Shown: positions 1-12,873 of the stretch, piece after piece
Position numbering within the stretch: the first letter of the stretch is position 1
How the letters are laid out: every line of letters starts with the position of its first letter
Assembly (NCBI GenBank): GCA_902492065.1
Contig: CABUKE010000002.1
Coordinates: 131,548-195,547, forward strand
Length of the DNA stretch: 64,000 bases
Source: an uncultured Eubacteriales bacterium
GTDB lineage: Bacteria; Bacillota; Clostridia; UBA1381; UMGS1253
Reading direction: 5' to 3'
The notes under the pieces: model-generated
Told to the model about the DNA's origin: nothing
Seen by the model: only the letters and a program-made list of their open reading frames with translations
The model's database searches: none
Program-made: the position numbers and the translations under genes

Positions 1-972
1 GGCAATAACAAGACAAATGACGAAATTGAGCTTGCGGTAAAGCACGGCGTCGGCCGAATTGTAGTGGACAATGTGTATGAACTTGGCCGCCTTGATGCAA
101 TATCGGCAAAATATAAGAAAAAAACGAAGATTCTGTTCCGAATCAAACCGGGAATCGATGCACATACGCATAGCTTTATTCAGACGGGTCAGATTGACTC
201 AAAGTTCGGCGTTGCGCTGGAAACCGGCGAGGCGATGGATATTATTGCGCAGGCATCGAAGCTGGCAAATGTGGAGGTTGTCGGGGTACACTGCCACATT
301 GGGTCGCAGATTTTTGACCTGGCTCCGTTTGAGCTGGCGGCAAAGGTTATGACAAATTTCATGGCGGACGTAAAGGACAAGCTCGGCCTCTCGCTTGATG
401 AGCTGAATCTCGGCGGCGGTTTTGGAATCAAGTATCTGGACTCGCATAATCCAGTCGAATATGACGCATATATCCGTTCGGTGTCTGAGGTCGTTAAGAC
501 AACGGCAAACAACCGCGGAATCAGCGTGCCAAAAATTATCATGGAGCCGGGGCGCTCTCTGGTTGGTCCGGCGGGAATTACGCTCTATACTGTGGGCGCA
601 GTGAAAGAGATTCCAAATGTGCGCACATACGTCTCGGTGGACGGCGGTATGACGGACAATCCGCGCTACATCCTGTATCAGTCGGAATATAGCGTATTGC
701 TGGCGAACCGGGCTGGGGACAAGCCGGTAAAGCCGGTCACCATTGCCGGAAAATGCTGCGAGTCGGGCGATTTGCTCGTGGAAGGTGTTATGATGCCGGA
801 GGTTAAAGCCGGCGACACGCTTGCCGTACTGGCAACTGGTGCATACAATTACTCCATGGCAAGCAATTACAATCGGATTCCGCGCCCACCCGTCGTTATG
901 GTAAGCGGCGGTAAGGCGAAAGTTGCGGTTAAGCGGGAAACGTATGACGATTTGCTCCGCAATGACGTGTAA
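1..972 (+). CDS. lysA: diaminopimelate decarboxylase, 5' end cut by window edge
   Basis: Frame 1 is open from nt 1, so track ORF 64..972 is only the part after the first Met. Motifs HCHIGSQ, EPGRSLVGPAG, CESGD, GAYNYSMASNYN. Confidence 0.9.
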   Translation, partial: GNNKTNDEIELAVKHGVGRIVVDNVYELGRLDAISAKYKKKTKILFRIKPGIDAHTHSFIQTGQIDSKFGVALETGEAMDIIAQASKLANVEVVGVHCHIGSQIFDLAPFELAAKVMTNFMADVKDKLGLSLDELNLGGGFGIKYLDSHNPVEYDAYIRSVSEVVKTTANNRGISVPKIIMEPGRSLVGPAGITLYTVGAVKEIPNVRTYVSVDGGMTDNPRYILYQSEYSVLLANRAGDKPVKPVTIAGKCCESGDLLVEGVMMPEVKAGDTLAVLATGAYNYSMASNYNRIPRPPVVMVSGGKAKVAVKRETYDDLLRNDV

Positions 973-1047
973 TGTATTGAATAATGCTGATTCGGCTCTG
1001 CATAAGAGCCGAATTCTTATAGCTGTGCAGGAAAGGACGGGAAACGT

Positions 1048-2001
1048 TTGCGAATCGGCAGCTTTGAAACGGAAAACAATATCTTTTTAGCGCCGATGGC
1101 GGGCGTGACTGATTCGGCTTTCCGCCGGATATGCCGCCGGTACGGCTGCGGCATGGTCTACACGGAGATGGTGAGTGCAAAGGCGCTCTACTACGGTGAC
1201 AAAAAAACGGCGCGGATGCTCACTGTCCATGAGGAAGAAAAGCCCTTTGCCGTCCAAATCTTTGGCAAAGAGCCGGAGATTATGGCGCAGATTGCGCCGG
1301 AGGCGGTGCGCACTGGGGCAAGTATTCTCGATATCAACATGGGCTGCCCGGCCCCGAAAATCGTCAAAAACGGTGAGGGTTCCGCGCTTATGCAAAATCC
1401 TGACCTTGTGTTTCAGATTGTTTCCGCTGTGGTGGGCACAAGTCCGGTGCCTGTAACCGTAAAAATCCGGAAAGGGTTTGACGAGGCGCATTGCAATGCT
1501 GTAGAGATTGCAAAGGCGGCACAGGAGGGCGGCGCGGCAGCAGTAACGGTACATGGCCGCACACGCGAACAGTATTACAGCGGTAAGGCCGATTGGGATA
1601 TCATTGGCAAAGTAAAAGCTGCGCTGCGTATCCCGGTCATTGGAAATGGGGATATCTTTTGCGCGCAGGATGCGCTGGATATGTTTGCCTATACGGGGTG
1701 CGATGCCGTCATGGTCGGGCGGGGCGCACAGGGCAATCCGTTTCTGTTTCAGCAGATTGCTGAGCTTATGCAAGAGGGAACTGCTGAATACCGGCCGACA
1801 CTGAAAGAAAAGGTCAATACCATGCTGTGCCAGCTTGCCATGATGATAGAGGAGAAAGGGGAGTACACCGCTGTGCAGGAGGCACGCAAACATGCGGCGT
1901 GGTATCTCAAAGGGGAAAAACATTCTGCTGCAGTGCGCGGCGCGGTAAACAGCGCGAAGGATGCGGAAGAATTGAAAAATATATTGCAAAGCATTTTATA
2001 A
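1048..2001 (+). CDS. dusB: tRNA-dihydrouridine synthase
   Basis: 317 aa with TTG start. Motifs LAPMAGVTDSAFR, INMGCPAPKIV, VTVHGRTREQ. Confidence 0.9.
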   Translation: MRIGSFETENNIFLAPMAGVTDSAFRRICRRYGCGMVYTEMVSAKALYYGDKKTARMLTVHEEEKPFAVQIFGKEPEIMAQIAPEAVRTGASILDINMGCPAPKIVKNGEGSALMQNPDLVFQIVSAVVGTSPVPVTVKIRKGFDEAHCNAVEIAKAAQEGGAAAVTVHGRTREQYYSGKADWDIIGKVKAALRIPVIGNGDIFCAQDALDMFAYTGCDAVMVGRGAQGNPFLFQQIAELMQEGTAEYRPTLKEKVNTMLCQLAMMIEEKGEYTAVQEARKHAAWYLKGEKHSAAVRGAVNSAKDAEELKNILQSIL

Positions 2002-2012
2002 TGTGCTATAAT
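1984..2012 (+). promoter_or_regulatory. sigma-A type promoter for guaB
   Basis: TTGCAA (1984-1989), 17-nt spacer, extended -10 TGcTATAAT (2004-2012). Lies in the 3' end of dusB. Confidence 0.55.
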
Positions 2013-2014
2013 AG

Positions 2015-3502
<1,488 letters not shown>

Positions 3503-3518
3503 AAATAGCAGCAAGTAA

Positions 3519-3550
3519 CGGCACGGGATGTCTTCCGTGCCGGTTTTTTT
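3519..3550 (+). terminator. rho-independent terminator after guaB
   Basis: Stem CGGCACGG...CCGTGCCG followed by a run of 7 T. Confidence 0.75.
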
Positions 3551-3691
3551 GAGGAAACACCAAACAAATGTTTGCGATTTACATTATAATATGTTACAAT
3601 AATAAACAAACATATATGCGGTTATCAAAACTGACTGTTTGAAACAGGATAAGCTGGATAATTTTTGTTCTAATTTATTTATGTTAAGTCC

Positions 3692-3720
3692 TTTTCATAG
3701 CCGCGCTAATGTGCTATAAT
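3692..3720 (+). promoter_or_regulatory. putative uvrB promoter with extended -10
   Basis: TTTTCA, 17-nt spacer, TGTGcTATAAT (-10 at 3715-3720). This would leave only about 10 nt of leader before ATG 3737. Confidence 0.5.
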
Positions 3721-3736
3721 ATTATGGGTGATTTTT

Positions 3737-5701
3737 ATGAACCGATTTCAGGTAGTATCTGACTATATGCCAAAAGGCGATCAGCCAAAGGCGATTGACG
3801 CGCTTTCCTACGGCATACAGCATGAATATAAAGGCCAGACTTTATTGGGCGTTACCGGCTCCGGTAAGACGTTTACCATCGCAAATACCATTGCAAAGGT
3901 GAACAAGCCGACGCTCGTCCTGGCGCACAACAAGACGCTTGCCGCGCAGCTTTGCAGCGAGTTTAAAGAGTTTTTTCCAAACAGCGCGGTCGAGTTTTTT
4001 GTTTCTTACTACGACTATTACCAGCCGGAGGCGTATATTCCGTATACGGATACGTATATTGAGAAGGACGCTTCGATCAATGAAGAAATCGATAAGCTCC
4101 GGCACAGTGCGACGGCGGCCCTGTTTGAGCGCAAGGACGTTATCATTGTTGCCAGCGTATCGTGCATTTACGGATTGGGCGACCCGATCGACTATAACAA
4201 TATGGTCGTATCGCTGCGCGTCGGCATGCGCAAGGACCGTGACGAGGTTCTGCGTAAGCTGATTGAAATGCAGTACGAGCGCAACGACATTGACTTTTCG
4301 AGAAATAAATTCCGCGTGCGCGGCGACGTGGTCGAGATTTTCCCGTCAAACCAGAGTGAAAACGCAATCCGCGTCGAGTTTTTCGACGACGAAGTGGAGC
4401 GCATTTCTGAAATCAACGCGCTGACGGGCGAAATCGTCGGCCTGCGTGAGCATGTTGTAATTTTTGCCGCGTCCCACTACGTCACGACGCGCGATAAGAT
4501 GGAACGTGCAATCAGCGGCATTGAGGCGGAGCTGGACGAACGGGTGGCCTATTTTGAGAGCCAGAACAAACTCGTCGAGGCACAGCGGATTGCACAGCGC
4601 ACAAAATACGACATTGAGATGATGCGTGAGGTGGGCTTCTGTTCCGGCATTGAGAATTATTCGCGCCATATCAGCGGGCGTGCGCCGGGTAGCGCGCCGT
4701 TTACGCTGATGGACTATTTCCCGGAGGACTATTTGCTCGTGATTGACGAGTCGCACGTGACGATTCCGCAGGTGCGGGCTATGTACGCGGGCGACCGTTC
4801 GCGCAAAGAGGCGCTGGTCGAGTATGGCTTCCGGCTTCCGTCCGCATTTGACAACCGGCCGCTCTGCTTTGATGAGTTTGAGGAACGAATCAACCAGGTT
4901 GTCTTTGTGTCGGCTACGCCAGCGCAGTACGAGCGCGACCATTCGGCGCAGATTGTCGAGCAGGTGATTCGCCCGACGGGATTGCTCGACCCGGAGATTT
5001 TTGTCCGTCCGGTCAAGCACCAGGTCGACGACTTGGTGGAGGAAATCCACAAACGCACGGAAAAGAACGAGCGCGTGCTCGTCACGACGCTGACCAAGCG
5101 TATGGCGGAGGATTTGACCGACTATCTGGAGGATTTGGACATCAAGGTGCGGTATATGCACTCCGATGTGCATACGATTGAGCGTATGGAGATTATCAAG
5201 GATTTGCGCGAGGGCGTGTTTGACGTTTTGGTTGGCATCAACCTACTGCGCGAGGGGCTTGACCTGCCGGAGGTGTCGCTCGTGGCGATTCTTGACGCGG
5301 ACAAGGAAGGCTTTCTGCGCAACGAAACATCGCTTATTCAGACGATCGGCCGCGCGGCGCGGAACGCGGAGGGACAGGTTATCATGTATGCCGACCGGGT
5401 AACGGACTCCATGCAGCGTGCCATTGACGAAACAAACCGCCGTCGCAAGCTGCAAAAGGACTTTAACGATGCGCACGGAATTGTGCCGACCACAATCAAG
5501 AAGTCCATCCGTGAGGTAATTGAAGCAACAAAGCAGGTAGAAGTAGAAGAGGAAAAAACGGCGATAAAGATCGACCCGGTGAACACAGAGCTGACGATCC
5601 TGAAGCTGACCGACCAGATGAACGAGGCTGCGCGGCGGCTTGACTTTGAGCAGGCGGCAAAGCTGCGCGATAAAATTAAAAAACTGAGAGATGAGGTTTG
5701 A
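3737..5701 (+). CDS. uvrB: excinuclease ABC subunit B
   Basis: Track ORF starts at GTG 3728; ATG 3737 ([10 protein letters not shown]) lies behind GGGTGA. Motifs GVTGSGKT and DESH, plus the C-terminal UVR motif. Confidence 0.96.
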   Translation: MNRFQVVSDYMPKGDQPKAIDALSYGIQHEYKGQTLLGVTGSGKTFTIANTIAKVNKPTLVLAHNKTLAAQLCSEFKEFFPNSAVEFFVSYYDYYQPEAYIPYTDTYIEKDASINEEIDKLRHSATAALFERKDVIIVASVSCIYGLGDPIDYNNMVVSLRVGMRKDRDEVLRKLIEMQYERNDIDFSRNKFRVRGDVVEIFPSNQSENAIRVEFFDDEVERISEINALTGEIVGLREHVVIFAASHYVTTRDKMERAISGIEAELDERVAYFESQNKLVEAQRIAQRTKYDIEMMREVGFCSGIENYSRHISGRAPGSAPFTLMDYFPEDYLLVIDESHVTIPQVRAMYAGDRSRKEALVEYGFRLPSAFDNRPLCFDEFEERINQVVFVSATPAQYERDHSAQIVEQVIRPTGLLDPEIFVRPVKHQVDDLVEEIHKRTEKNERVLVTTLTKRMAEDLTDYLEDLDIKVRYMHSDVHTIERMEIIKDLREGVFDVLVGINLLREGLDLPEVSLVAILDADKEGFLRNETSLIQTIGRAARNAEGQVIMYADRVTDSMQRAIDETNRRRKLQKDFNDAHGIVPTTIKKSIREVIEATKQVEVEEEKTAIKIDPVNTELTILKLTDQMNEAARRLDFEQAAKLRDKIKKLRDEV

Positions 5702-6098
5702 GGAGATGTTTGAACAAAAGAACAGAGATGCGGTCATTGAGTTTCTGCGCCAGCAGCTCGACCCGGTGTTTATCTATTTTGCAGACCATACAGTCACAGA
5801 AAATATATTTGACGTTGCATATTATTCCGAAGTAACGACCGACGAGTACACTACCTGCCTGCTGGAGAATAAAGTTTCCGAGCTTTTGGGCGTTGAGGTG
5901 GAGCTCAACAATCTGCGCGAATGTGACATGCAGTTTGCAGGGGAGATTATATCGGATGGAAGCGTCGTATATTGCAAAAGCGAACTGGAAAAAAGCCGGT
6001 TTTTAAACAGCCTTGCGCGGGAATTTGAGTCCATGCGGCTTAGCCGCGCTATGCTGATTAACCGAATCAATGAATGTGAAAGCATGTATGAACAATAA
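5691..6098 (+). CDS. hypothetical protein with a degenerate minimal-nucleotidyltransferase (MntA-like) fold
   Basis: 135 aa (alternative start ATG 5706), overlapping the uvrB stop. The layout matches MNT antitoxin-type NTases, but the GS motif reads AD and the DxD motif reads FDVAYY. Confidence 0.6.
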   Translation: MRFEEMFEQKNRDAVIEFLRQQLDPVFIYFADHTVTENIFDVAYYSEVTTDEYTTCLLENKVSELLGVEVELNNLRECDMQFAGEIISDGSVVYCKSELEKSRFLNSLAREFESMRLSRAMLINRINECESMYEQ

Positions 6099-6125
6099 AG
6101 CAGAGTAAAACAGAGGGAGAAAACG

Positions 6126-8975
6126 ATGGCAAAAGACAGTATATTTATAAAAGGCGCCAGAGAACATAACCTGAAAAACATTGATGTGACGATCCCGCGC
6201 GACAAGCTGGTAGTACTGACCGGGCTGAGCGGATCGGGCAAGTCCTCTCTGGCGTTCGATACGATTTATGCGGAGGGGCAGCGGCGTTACGTCGAGTCGC
6301 TGTCAGCCTATGCGCGCCAGTTTTTGGGCCAGATGGACAAGCCGGACGTGGACTATATTGAGGGGTTGTCTCCGGCAATCAGCATTGACCAGAAAACGAC
6401 GAGCAAAAACCCGCGCTCCACAGTTGGTACGGTGACGGAGGTGTACGACTACCTGCGTCTGCTCTATGCCCGCATTGGCATTCCGCACTGTCACAAATGC
6501 GGCAGGCCGATTGCACGGCAGAGCATCGACCAGATAATCGACCAGGTATTGGCGCTTCCAATGGGGAGCAAGCTGTTGATTCTGGCTCCGGTTGTCCGCG
6601 CGCGCAAGGGCGAGCACCAGAAAGTGTTTGACGACGCGAAGAAGTCCGGCTACGTACGTGTTCGGGTTGACGGCCTTGTGTATGACTTGTCGGAAGTACC
6701 GAAGCTGGAGAAAAATAAAAAGCATAATATTGAACTGGTCATCGACCGCATGGTACTTCGTGAGGATATCCGCAAGCGGCTGGCTGACTCGCTGGAAACA
6801 GCGCTCAAGATTGCGGGCGGGCTTGTGATTGTGGATGTGATAGACGGCGAGGAAATGATGTTTTCCCAGAATTACGCCTGCGAGCAATGCGGCGTGAGTA
6901 TGGAGGAGCTGACCCCGCGTATGTTCTCCTTCAATTCGCCGTTCGGCGCGTGCGAGGAGTGCAGCGGCCTGGGCTTTATGATGAAGATTGACCCGGAGCT
7001 TGTCGTGCGGGACAAGAATAAAAGCATCAACGAAGGCGCGATCGCCGTAACGGGATGGATGGCACCGGGGATTGAGGACAGCATGGCGGCGGCCTATTAC
7101 CGCGGATTGTCGGAGCACTATGGGTTTAGCCTCGATACGCCGTACAAGGATTTGCCGGATAAAATCAAAGACATTCTGCTTTATGGAAGTAAAGGGGAGA
7201 AATTTAAGGTCGAATTCTCCCGCAGTTATGGACAGAGCACCTATATGACCGACTTTGAAGGGATTGTCAACAATTTGCAGCGGCGGCACAAGGAAACAAA
7301 TTCCGACTGGATGCGCGCAGAGCTGGAGGGCTATATGAGTAACCATCCGTGCCCGTCGTGCCATGGAATGCGTCTGAAGCCGCAGGTGCTTGCCGTCACC
7401 GTCGGTGGGAAGAACATTAACGAAGTGACAGACCTCTCAATCGTAAAAGCGATTGAGTTTTTCAAATCACTTTCGCTTACGCAGAAGGAACAGACGATTG
7501 CGGAGCAGATTCTAAAAGAAATACTCGAACGGCTCGGTTTTTTGAAAAACGTCGGGCTGGGGTATTTGACGCTTTCGCGCTCGGCCGGGACGCTGTCAGG
7601 CGGCGAGGCGCAGCGTATCCGCCTTGCGACACAGATTGGCTCAAGCCTGATGGGCGTACTGTATATTTTGGACGAGCCGAGTATTGGTCTGCACCAGCGC
7701 GACAACGAAAAGCTGCTCGCTACGCTGAAAACGCTGCGCGATTTGGGCAATACGCTGGTTGTTGTGGAGCATGATGAGGATACCATGTATGCGGCGGACC
7801 ATATCATCGACATAGGTCCCGGCGCCGGGATACACGGTGGGTATCTGGTCGCGCAAGGCACGGCGGAGGAGATTATGAAGGTGGAAGGCTCTGCCACGGG
7901 CGACTATATGAGTGGGCGCAAATACATTCCGCTTCCGAAAGAGCGGCGGAAATCCAACGGGAATTATCTCACCGTAAAGGGTGCGGCGCAGAACAATCTC
8001 AAAAATATCAATGTGAAGATTCCTCTTGGCGTGTTCACATGCGTGACGGGCGTATCCGGATCGGGCAAATCCTCGCTTGTCAATGAAATTATCTATAAAT
8101 ATCTTGCGCGCGAGTTAAACGGCGCACGTTCCAAAAACGGTGCGGTCAAGCAGATTACTGGGCTTGAGAATCTTGACAAAGTAATCGACATCAACCAGTC
8201 GCCAATCGGGCGCACGCCGCGCTCGAACCCGGCGACGTATACAGGGCTGTTTTCTGACATACGAGAACTGTTTGCCAGCACGGTGGAGGCGAAGGTGCGT
8301 GGTTATAAGGCCGGACGCTTCAGCTTTAACGTAAAGGGCGGTCGCTGCGAGGCGTGCTGCGGCGACGGCATTATCCAGATTGAGATGCACTTTCTGCCGG
8401 ATGTCTATGTGCCGTGCGAGGTCTGCAAGGGGAAACGCTACTCCAAAGAAACGCTGGAGGTAAAATACAAAGGGAAAAATATCAGCGAAGTCCTCGATAT
8501 GACAGTAGAAGAGGCGCTCTCCTTCTTTGAAAACATTCCGCGCCTGCACCGCAAAATTCAGACGCTTTACGACGTAGGTCTCGGCTATATCAAGCTGGGA
8601 CAGTCGTCTACCACGCTGTCGGGCGGCGAGGCGCAGCGCGTCAAACTGGCGACGGAGCTAAGTAAACGAAGCACGGGCAAAACCATCTATATCCTTGACG
8701 AACCGACAACGGGACTGCATGTGGCAGACGTGCACCGTCTGCTGGATGTATTGCAACGGCTTGTCGACGCGGGTAACACGGTGCTTGTGATTGAGCATAA
8801 CCTCGACGTCATCAAAACGGCGGACTATCTGATCGACCTAGGCCCGGAAGGCGGCGACGCCGGGGGGGAGATTCTCTGCACAGGGACGCCGGAGCAGGTG
8901 GCAAAATGCGAGCGGTCTTACACGGGACAGTATTTGAAAAAGGTGCTTGAAAAGGAAAAACAGCGAAACAAGTAA
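6126..8975 (+). CDS. uvrA: excinuclease ABC subunit A
   Basis: 949 aa. Two ABC modules ([24 protein letters not shown]) and zinc-finger Cys pairs. Confidence 0.97.
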   Translation: MAKDSIFIKGAREHNLKNIDVTIPRDKLVVLTGLSGSGKSSLAFDTIYAEGQRRYVESLSAYARQFLGQMDKPDVDYIEGLSPAISIDQKTTSKNPRSTVGTVTEVYDYLRLLYARIGIPHCHKCGRPIARQSIDQIIDQVLALPMGSKLLILAPVVRARKGEHQKVFDDAKKSGYVRVRVDGLVYDLSEVPKLEKNKKHNIELVIDRMVLREDIRKRLADSLETALKIAGGLVIVDVIDGEEMMFSQNYACEQCGVSMEELTPRMFSFNSPFGACEECSGLGFMMKIDPELVVRDKNKSINEGAIAVTGWMAPGIEDSMAAAYYRGLSEHYGFSLDTPYKDLPDKIKDILLYGSKGEKFKVEFSRSYGQSTYMTDFEGIVNNLQRRHKETNSDWMRAELEGYMSNHPCPSCHGMRLKPQVLAVTVGGKNINEVTDLSIVKAIEFFKSLSLTQKEQTIAEQILKEILERLGFLKNVGLGYLTLSRSAGTLSGGEAQRIRLATQIGSSLMGVLYILDEPSIGLHQRDNEKLLATLKTLRDLGNTLVVVEHDEDTMYAADHIIDIGPGAGIHGGYLVAQGTAEEIMKVEGSATGDYMSGRKYIPLPKERRKSNGNYLTVKGAAQNNLKNINVKIPLGVFTCVTGVSGSGKSSLVNEIIYKYLARELNGARSKNGAVKQITGLENLDKVIDINQSPIGRTPRSNPATYTGLFSDIRELFASTVEAKVRGYKAGRFSFNVKGGRCEACCGDGIIQIEMHFLPDVYVPCEVCKGKRYSKETLEVKYKGKNISEVLDMTVEEALSFFENIPRLHRKIQTLYDVGLGYIKLGQSSTTLSGGEAQRVKLATELSKRSTGKTIYILDEPTTGLHVADVHRLLDVLQRLVDAGNTVLVIEHNLDVIKTADYLIDLGPEGGDAGGEILCTGTPEQVAKCERSYTGQYLKKVLEKEKQRNK

Positions 8976-8989
8976 ATCTGCCGCACAGA

Positions 8990-9040
8990 GAAGAACCGCG
9001 TAAAATATTTTTCGATATTTTGCGCGATTCTTCTTTACTT
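8990..9040 (+). terminator. long hairpin terminator after uvrA
   Basis: GAAGAAcCGCGTAAAATAT pairs with ATATTTTGCGCGaTTCTTC, followed by TTTACTT. Confidence 0.7.
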
Positions 9041-9120
9041 ATTGGCGCAAAAGAGGTAAAATAAACTGTAATACGTTTGTCATATTTTAATACATCAGCA
9101 CGATTTGGGAGGATGGATAC

Positions 9121-12100
9121 ATGAGTGAGGCAGTACGCCGTATTTTTGTGGAAAAAAGGGACGAGTTTGCCGTTGAGGCACACGGCATGCTGGCCGACCT
9201 GCGGGAGAATTTGTCGTTAGGCGGCCTGAAGGGCGTGAGAATCATCAACCGTTACGATGTGACGGGGCTTAGCGACAGCGAGTATGCGCAGGCGCGCGGC
9301 CTAATTTTTTCGGAGCCTCCGGTAGATATCTGCTATGAGGAAGAAATTGAAATCGAGAAGGGTGCGCGCGTATTTGCCATCGAGTATTTGCCGGGGCAGT
9401 ATGACCAGCGCGCAGATTCTGCCGAGGAATGTATCTCCATTTTAACGCAAAAGGAGCGTCCGACGGTAAAGACAGCAAAGCTTATCGTCCTGTCTGGCAC
9501 GCTTAGCGACAGCGAGTTTGATGCCGTAAAGCACTATATCATCAACCCGGTGGAAATGCGGGAAGCCTCGCTCGAAAAGCCGGACACGCTTGCGCTTGAC
9601 GCAGCTGTTCCGAAGGATGTGGCGACGGTCGAGGGCTTTACGTCCATGGACGAGCAAGCGTTGGCGGAAATGATTCAGAATATGGGTTTTGCCATGGACA
9701 AGGACGATTTGCAGTTCTGCCGTGACTATTTTAAAAACACGGAACGGCGCGACCCTACGGTGACGGAGCTGCGCATGATTGATACCTATTGGTCCGACCA
9801 TTGCCGGCATACGACGTTCGGCACGAAAATAAAAGAAGTTTCCATTCCGGACGGAAAATATGCTTCCTGTATCCGCGAGGCGTACAGAGCATACTTAGAC
9901 ACGAAGCAGGAGCTGTATCCGCAGGGGCGCGACACAACATTGATGGACATTGCGCTCGCTGCTATGAAAAAGCTGAAAAAGGACGGGGTTCTTACCAAGC
10001 TGGACGAGTCGGAGGAAATCAACGCTTGCAGCATTGAGGCAGATGTGGACGTAGACGGAAAGATAGAAAAATGGCTGATTATGTTCAAAAACGAAACGCA
10101 TAACCATCCGACGGAGATTGAGCCTTTCGGCGGCGCGGCGACGTGTCTCGGCGGCGCAATCCGCGACCCGCTTTCTGGGCGTTCTTATGTCTACCAGGCG
10201 ATGCGCATCACCGGCGCGGGCGACCCGCGTAAAACCATGCAGGAAACGCTTCCCGGCAAGCTGATGCAGAAAAAGATTGTGCGCACGGCTGCGGCAGGCT
10301 ACAGCTCCTACGGGAACCAGATCGGCCTTGCGACCGGCCAGGTTGCAGAAATCTATCACGAAGGCTATGTTGCCAAGCACATGGAGTTGGGGGCGGTCAT
10401 TGCGGCGGCACCGAAGGAAAATGTAATTCGTACATGTCCGTGCCCCGGCGACGTTGTAATTCTGCTGGGCGGCAAGACGGGGCGCGACGGCTGCGGCGGT
10501 GCGACGGGTTCCTCAAAAGCGCATACAACCGAGTCGCTCGAAACGTGCGGTGCAGAAGTACAAAAGGGCAATCCGCCCGTAGAACGGAAGATCCAGCGCC
10601 TGTTCCGCAACGGCGATGTAACACGAATGATTAAACGCTGCAACGATTTTGGCGCGGGCGGCGTGTCGGTTGCAATCGGCGAGCTGGCGGACGGGCTTGA
10701 CATTGATCTCGACAAAGTACCGAAAAAATATGACGGACTTGATGGGACAGAGCTTGCGATATCCGAGTCGCAGGAGCGCATGGCTGTCGTTGTCAGCCGT
10801 TCTGACGCTGAGGCGTTTATTTCTCATGCAAAAGAGGAAAACCTCGACGCAGTCATCGTCGCTGTCGTTACAGATAAAAATCGTCTTACAATGACATGGC
10901 GCGGGAAGACAATCTGCGACATATCGCGCGATTTTCTGAACACAAACGGCGCGGCGAAAACGACGACAGTTTCTGTGACACTTCCCTCTGAAAAGGATTC
11001 CCCCTTTACAGAGAAAAAGGGGATTGATTTAAAAGCCGAATGGCTCAAAAAGCTTTCCTCACTCAACGTATGCTCGCAAAAGGGGCTGGTTGAGCGGTTT
11101 GACAGCACGATTGGCGCGGGCAGCGTGTTGATGCCGTACGGCGGCAAAACACAGCTTACACCAACGGACGGCATGGTAGCGAAGGTGCCTGTTCTGCATG
11201 GGAAGACAAACACCGCGACTGTCATGACGTATGGGTACGACCCGTATCTCTCGTCGTGGTCGCCGTTCCACGGTAGTATTTACGCCGTGGTAGAGTCGGT
11301 ATCAAAGGCCGTTGCGCTCGGTGCACGTTATGAGGATATTTATTTGACCTTGCAGGAGTATTTCGAGCGGCTCGGGAGCGAGCCGGCGCGGTGGGGCAAA
11401 CCGTTTGCCGCACTACTCGGTGCGTTTACCGCACAGAAAGAGCTAGGCATTGCTGCAATTGGCGGGAAGGATTCCATGAGCGGCAGCTTTGAAAAGCTGG
11501 ACGTGCCGCCGACGCTGGTTTCCTTTGCGGTCAACACAGTGTGGGCCGATAAGGTCGTATCGCCGGAGTTTAAAAAGGTGGGCAACAGCGTTGTTCTCTT
11601 TAAGGTTAAAAAGGACGAAAACCTGCTTCCGGACTTTGCCGCGCTGCGTGCGCAGTATGAGAAAATATACGAGCTGATTCAAAAGGGCTGTGTACGCGCC
11701 AGCAGCGTTGTTAAGGGTGGCGGCCTGTGTGAAACGGTCAGCAAAATGTGTTTCGGCAATATGCTTGGTTTTACCTTTGATAAAAGCGTCACAAAGCAGG
11801 AGCTTTTTGCGAAAGAATATGGTGCGATTGTTTTGGAAACAGACGACCTTTCCGCATTTGATGGATTGGAATATACGTATCTTGGAATTGTGACGGACCA
11901 CGATTGTATTGAGGCTTGTGGCGAAAAGATTGCCCTTGCTGATGCGGTATCTGCTTGGGAGCATACGCTCGAGGGCGTATACCCGACAAAGGCAGCGGGG
12001 GCGAAGCCGTGCAAGACATATTCTTTTGCGCGTAAAAACGTGCTCATTGCCAAAAACACGTTTGCAAAGCCGCGCGTGTTTATCCCGGTATTTCCGGGAA

Positions 12101-12864
12101 CCAATTGTGAGTACGATACAGCGCGCGCCTTTGAGGCGGCGGGTGCTGTGGTTGATGTCATGCCATTTATCAACCTCACGCCTGAGGATACGGCACGCAC
12201 GCTTGACAATATGGCAGAGGCAATTCGGCAGGCACAGATTGTTATGCTGCCTGGCGGGTTCTCCGGCGGTGATGAGCCGGACGGATCCGGGAAGTATATT
12301 GCGACTGCGTTCCGCAATCCGAAGGTGAGCGAAGCAGTCAACGAGCTTCTCACTAATCGCGACGGCCTCATGCTTGGTATTTGCAACGGCTTTCAGGCGT
12401 TGATCAAGCTCGGTCTTGTTACACATGGGGAAATCGTCGACCTTGCTGAAGATGCGCCGACGTTGACGTTTAATAATATCGGCCGCCATGTGTCGACGAT
12501 TGTTACGACACGGATTGCGTCCAACCGTTCGCCGTGGCTCTATGGCGTTGAAGTGGGCGACTGCCACAGCATTGCCGTGTCGCACGGTGAGGGCCGGTTC
12601 TACGCAAATGAAGAATGGCTGACGCGTTTGATTCAAAACGAGCAGATTGCGACACAGTATGTGGGGCCGGATGGGCAGGCAAGCACGGATATCCCGTACA
12701 CCCCGAACGGTTCGGTCGCGGCAATTGAGGGAATCATCAGCCCGGACGGACGCGTGTTCGGTAAGATGGGGCACAGTGAACGTGCAGGAGAGAATATTTT
12801 CTCTAATATTGCTGGCGAGAAGGATCAGAAGCTCTTTGCATCGGGTGTAAAGTATTTTAAATAG
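9121..12864 (+). CDS. purL: phosphoribosylformylglycinamidine synthase, single-chain large form
   Basis: 1247 aa. FGAM-synthase core plus a C-terminal class-I amidotransferase (GICNGFQAL, HGEGRF). Confidence 0.95.
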   Translation: MSEAVRRIFVEKRDEFAVEAHGMLADLRENLSLGGLKGVRIINRYDVTGLSDSEYAQARGLIFSEPPVDICYEEEIEIEKGARVFAIEYLPGQYDQRADSAEECISILTQKERPTVKTAKLIVLSGTLSDSEFDAVKHYIINPVEMREASLEKPDTLALDAAVPKDVATVEGFTSMDEQALAEMIQNMGFAMDKDDLQFCRDYFKNTERRDPTVTELRMIDTYWSDHCRHTTFGTKIKEVSIPDGKYASCIREAYRAYLDTKQELYPQGRDTTLMDIALAAMKKLKKDGVLTKLDESEEINACSIEADVDVDGKIEKWLIMFKNETHNHPTEIEPFGGAATCLGGAIRDPLSGRSYVYQAMRITGAGDPRKTMQETLPGKLMQKKIVRTAAAGYSSYGNQIGLATGQVAEIYHEGYVAKHMELGAVIAAAPKENVIRTCPCPGDVVILLGGKTGRDGCGGATGSSKAHTTESLETCGAEVQKGNPPVERKIQRLFRNGDVTRMIKRCNDFGAGGVSVAIGELADGLDIDLDKVPKKYDGLDGTELAISESQERMAVVVSRSDAEAFISHAKEENLDAVIVAVVTDKNRLTMTWRGKTICDISRDFLNTNGAAKTTTVSVTLPSEKDSPFTEKKGIDLKAEWLKKLSSLNVCSQKGLVERFDSTIGAGSVLMPYGGKTQLTPTDGMVAKVPVLHGKTNTATVMTYGYDPYLSSWSPFHGSIYAVVESVSKAVALGARYEDIYLTLQEYFERLGSEPARWGKPFAALLGAFTAQKELGIAAIGGKDSMSGSFEKLDVPPTLVSFAVNTVWADKVVSPEFKKVGNSVVLFKVKKDENLLPDFAALRAQYEKIYELIQKGCVRASSVVKGGGLCETVSKMCFGNMLGFTFDKSVTKQELFAKEYGAIVLETDDLSAFDGLEYTYLGIVTDHDCIEACGEKIALADAVSAWEHTLEGVYPTKAAGAKPCKTYSFARKNVLIAKNTFAKPRVFIPVFPGTNCEYDTARAFEAAGAVVDVMPFINLTPEDTARTLDNMAEAIRQAQIVMLPGGFSGGDEPDGSGKYIATAFRNPKVSEAVNELLTNRDGLMLGICNGFQALIKLGLVTHGEIVDLAEDAPTLTFNNIGRHVSTIVTTRIASNRSPWLYGVEVGDCHSIAVSHGEGRFYANEEWLTRLIQNEQIATQYVGPDGQASTDIPYTPNGSVAAIEGIISPDGRVFGKMGHSERAGENIFSNIAGEKDQKLFASGVKYFK

Positions 12865-12873
12865 GAGAACAGC

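Noticed and set aside
3577-3600. ATTTACATTATAATATGTTACAAT upstream of uvrB, which shares the 8-mer ATTTACAT with the dif/cer-like site.
   Set aside because: Only one arm matches. The region is better read as overlapping -10-like TATAAT and TACAAT hexamers.
9041-9120. Possible purine riboswitch or PurBox upstream of purL.
   Set aside because: Only about 80 nt lie between the uvrA terminator and the purL start. That is too short for a purine or ZTP riboswitch, and no convincing AWWWCCGAACWWT box is present.
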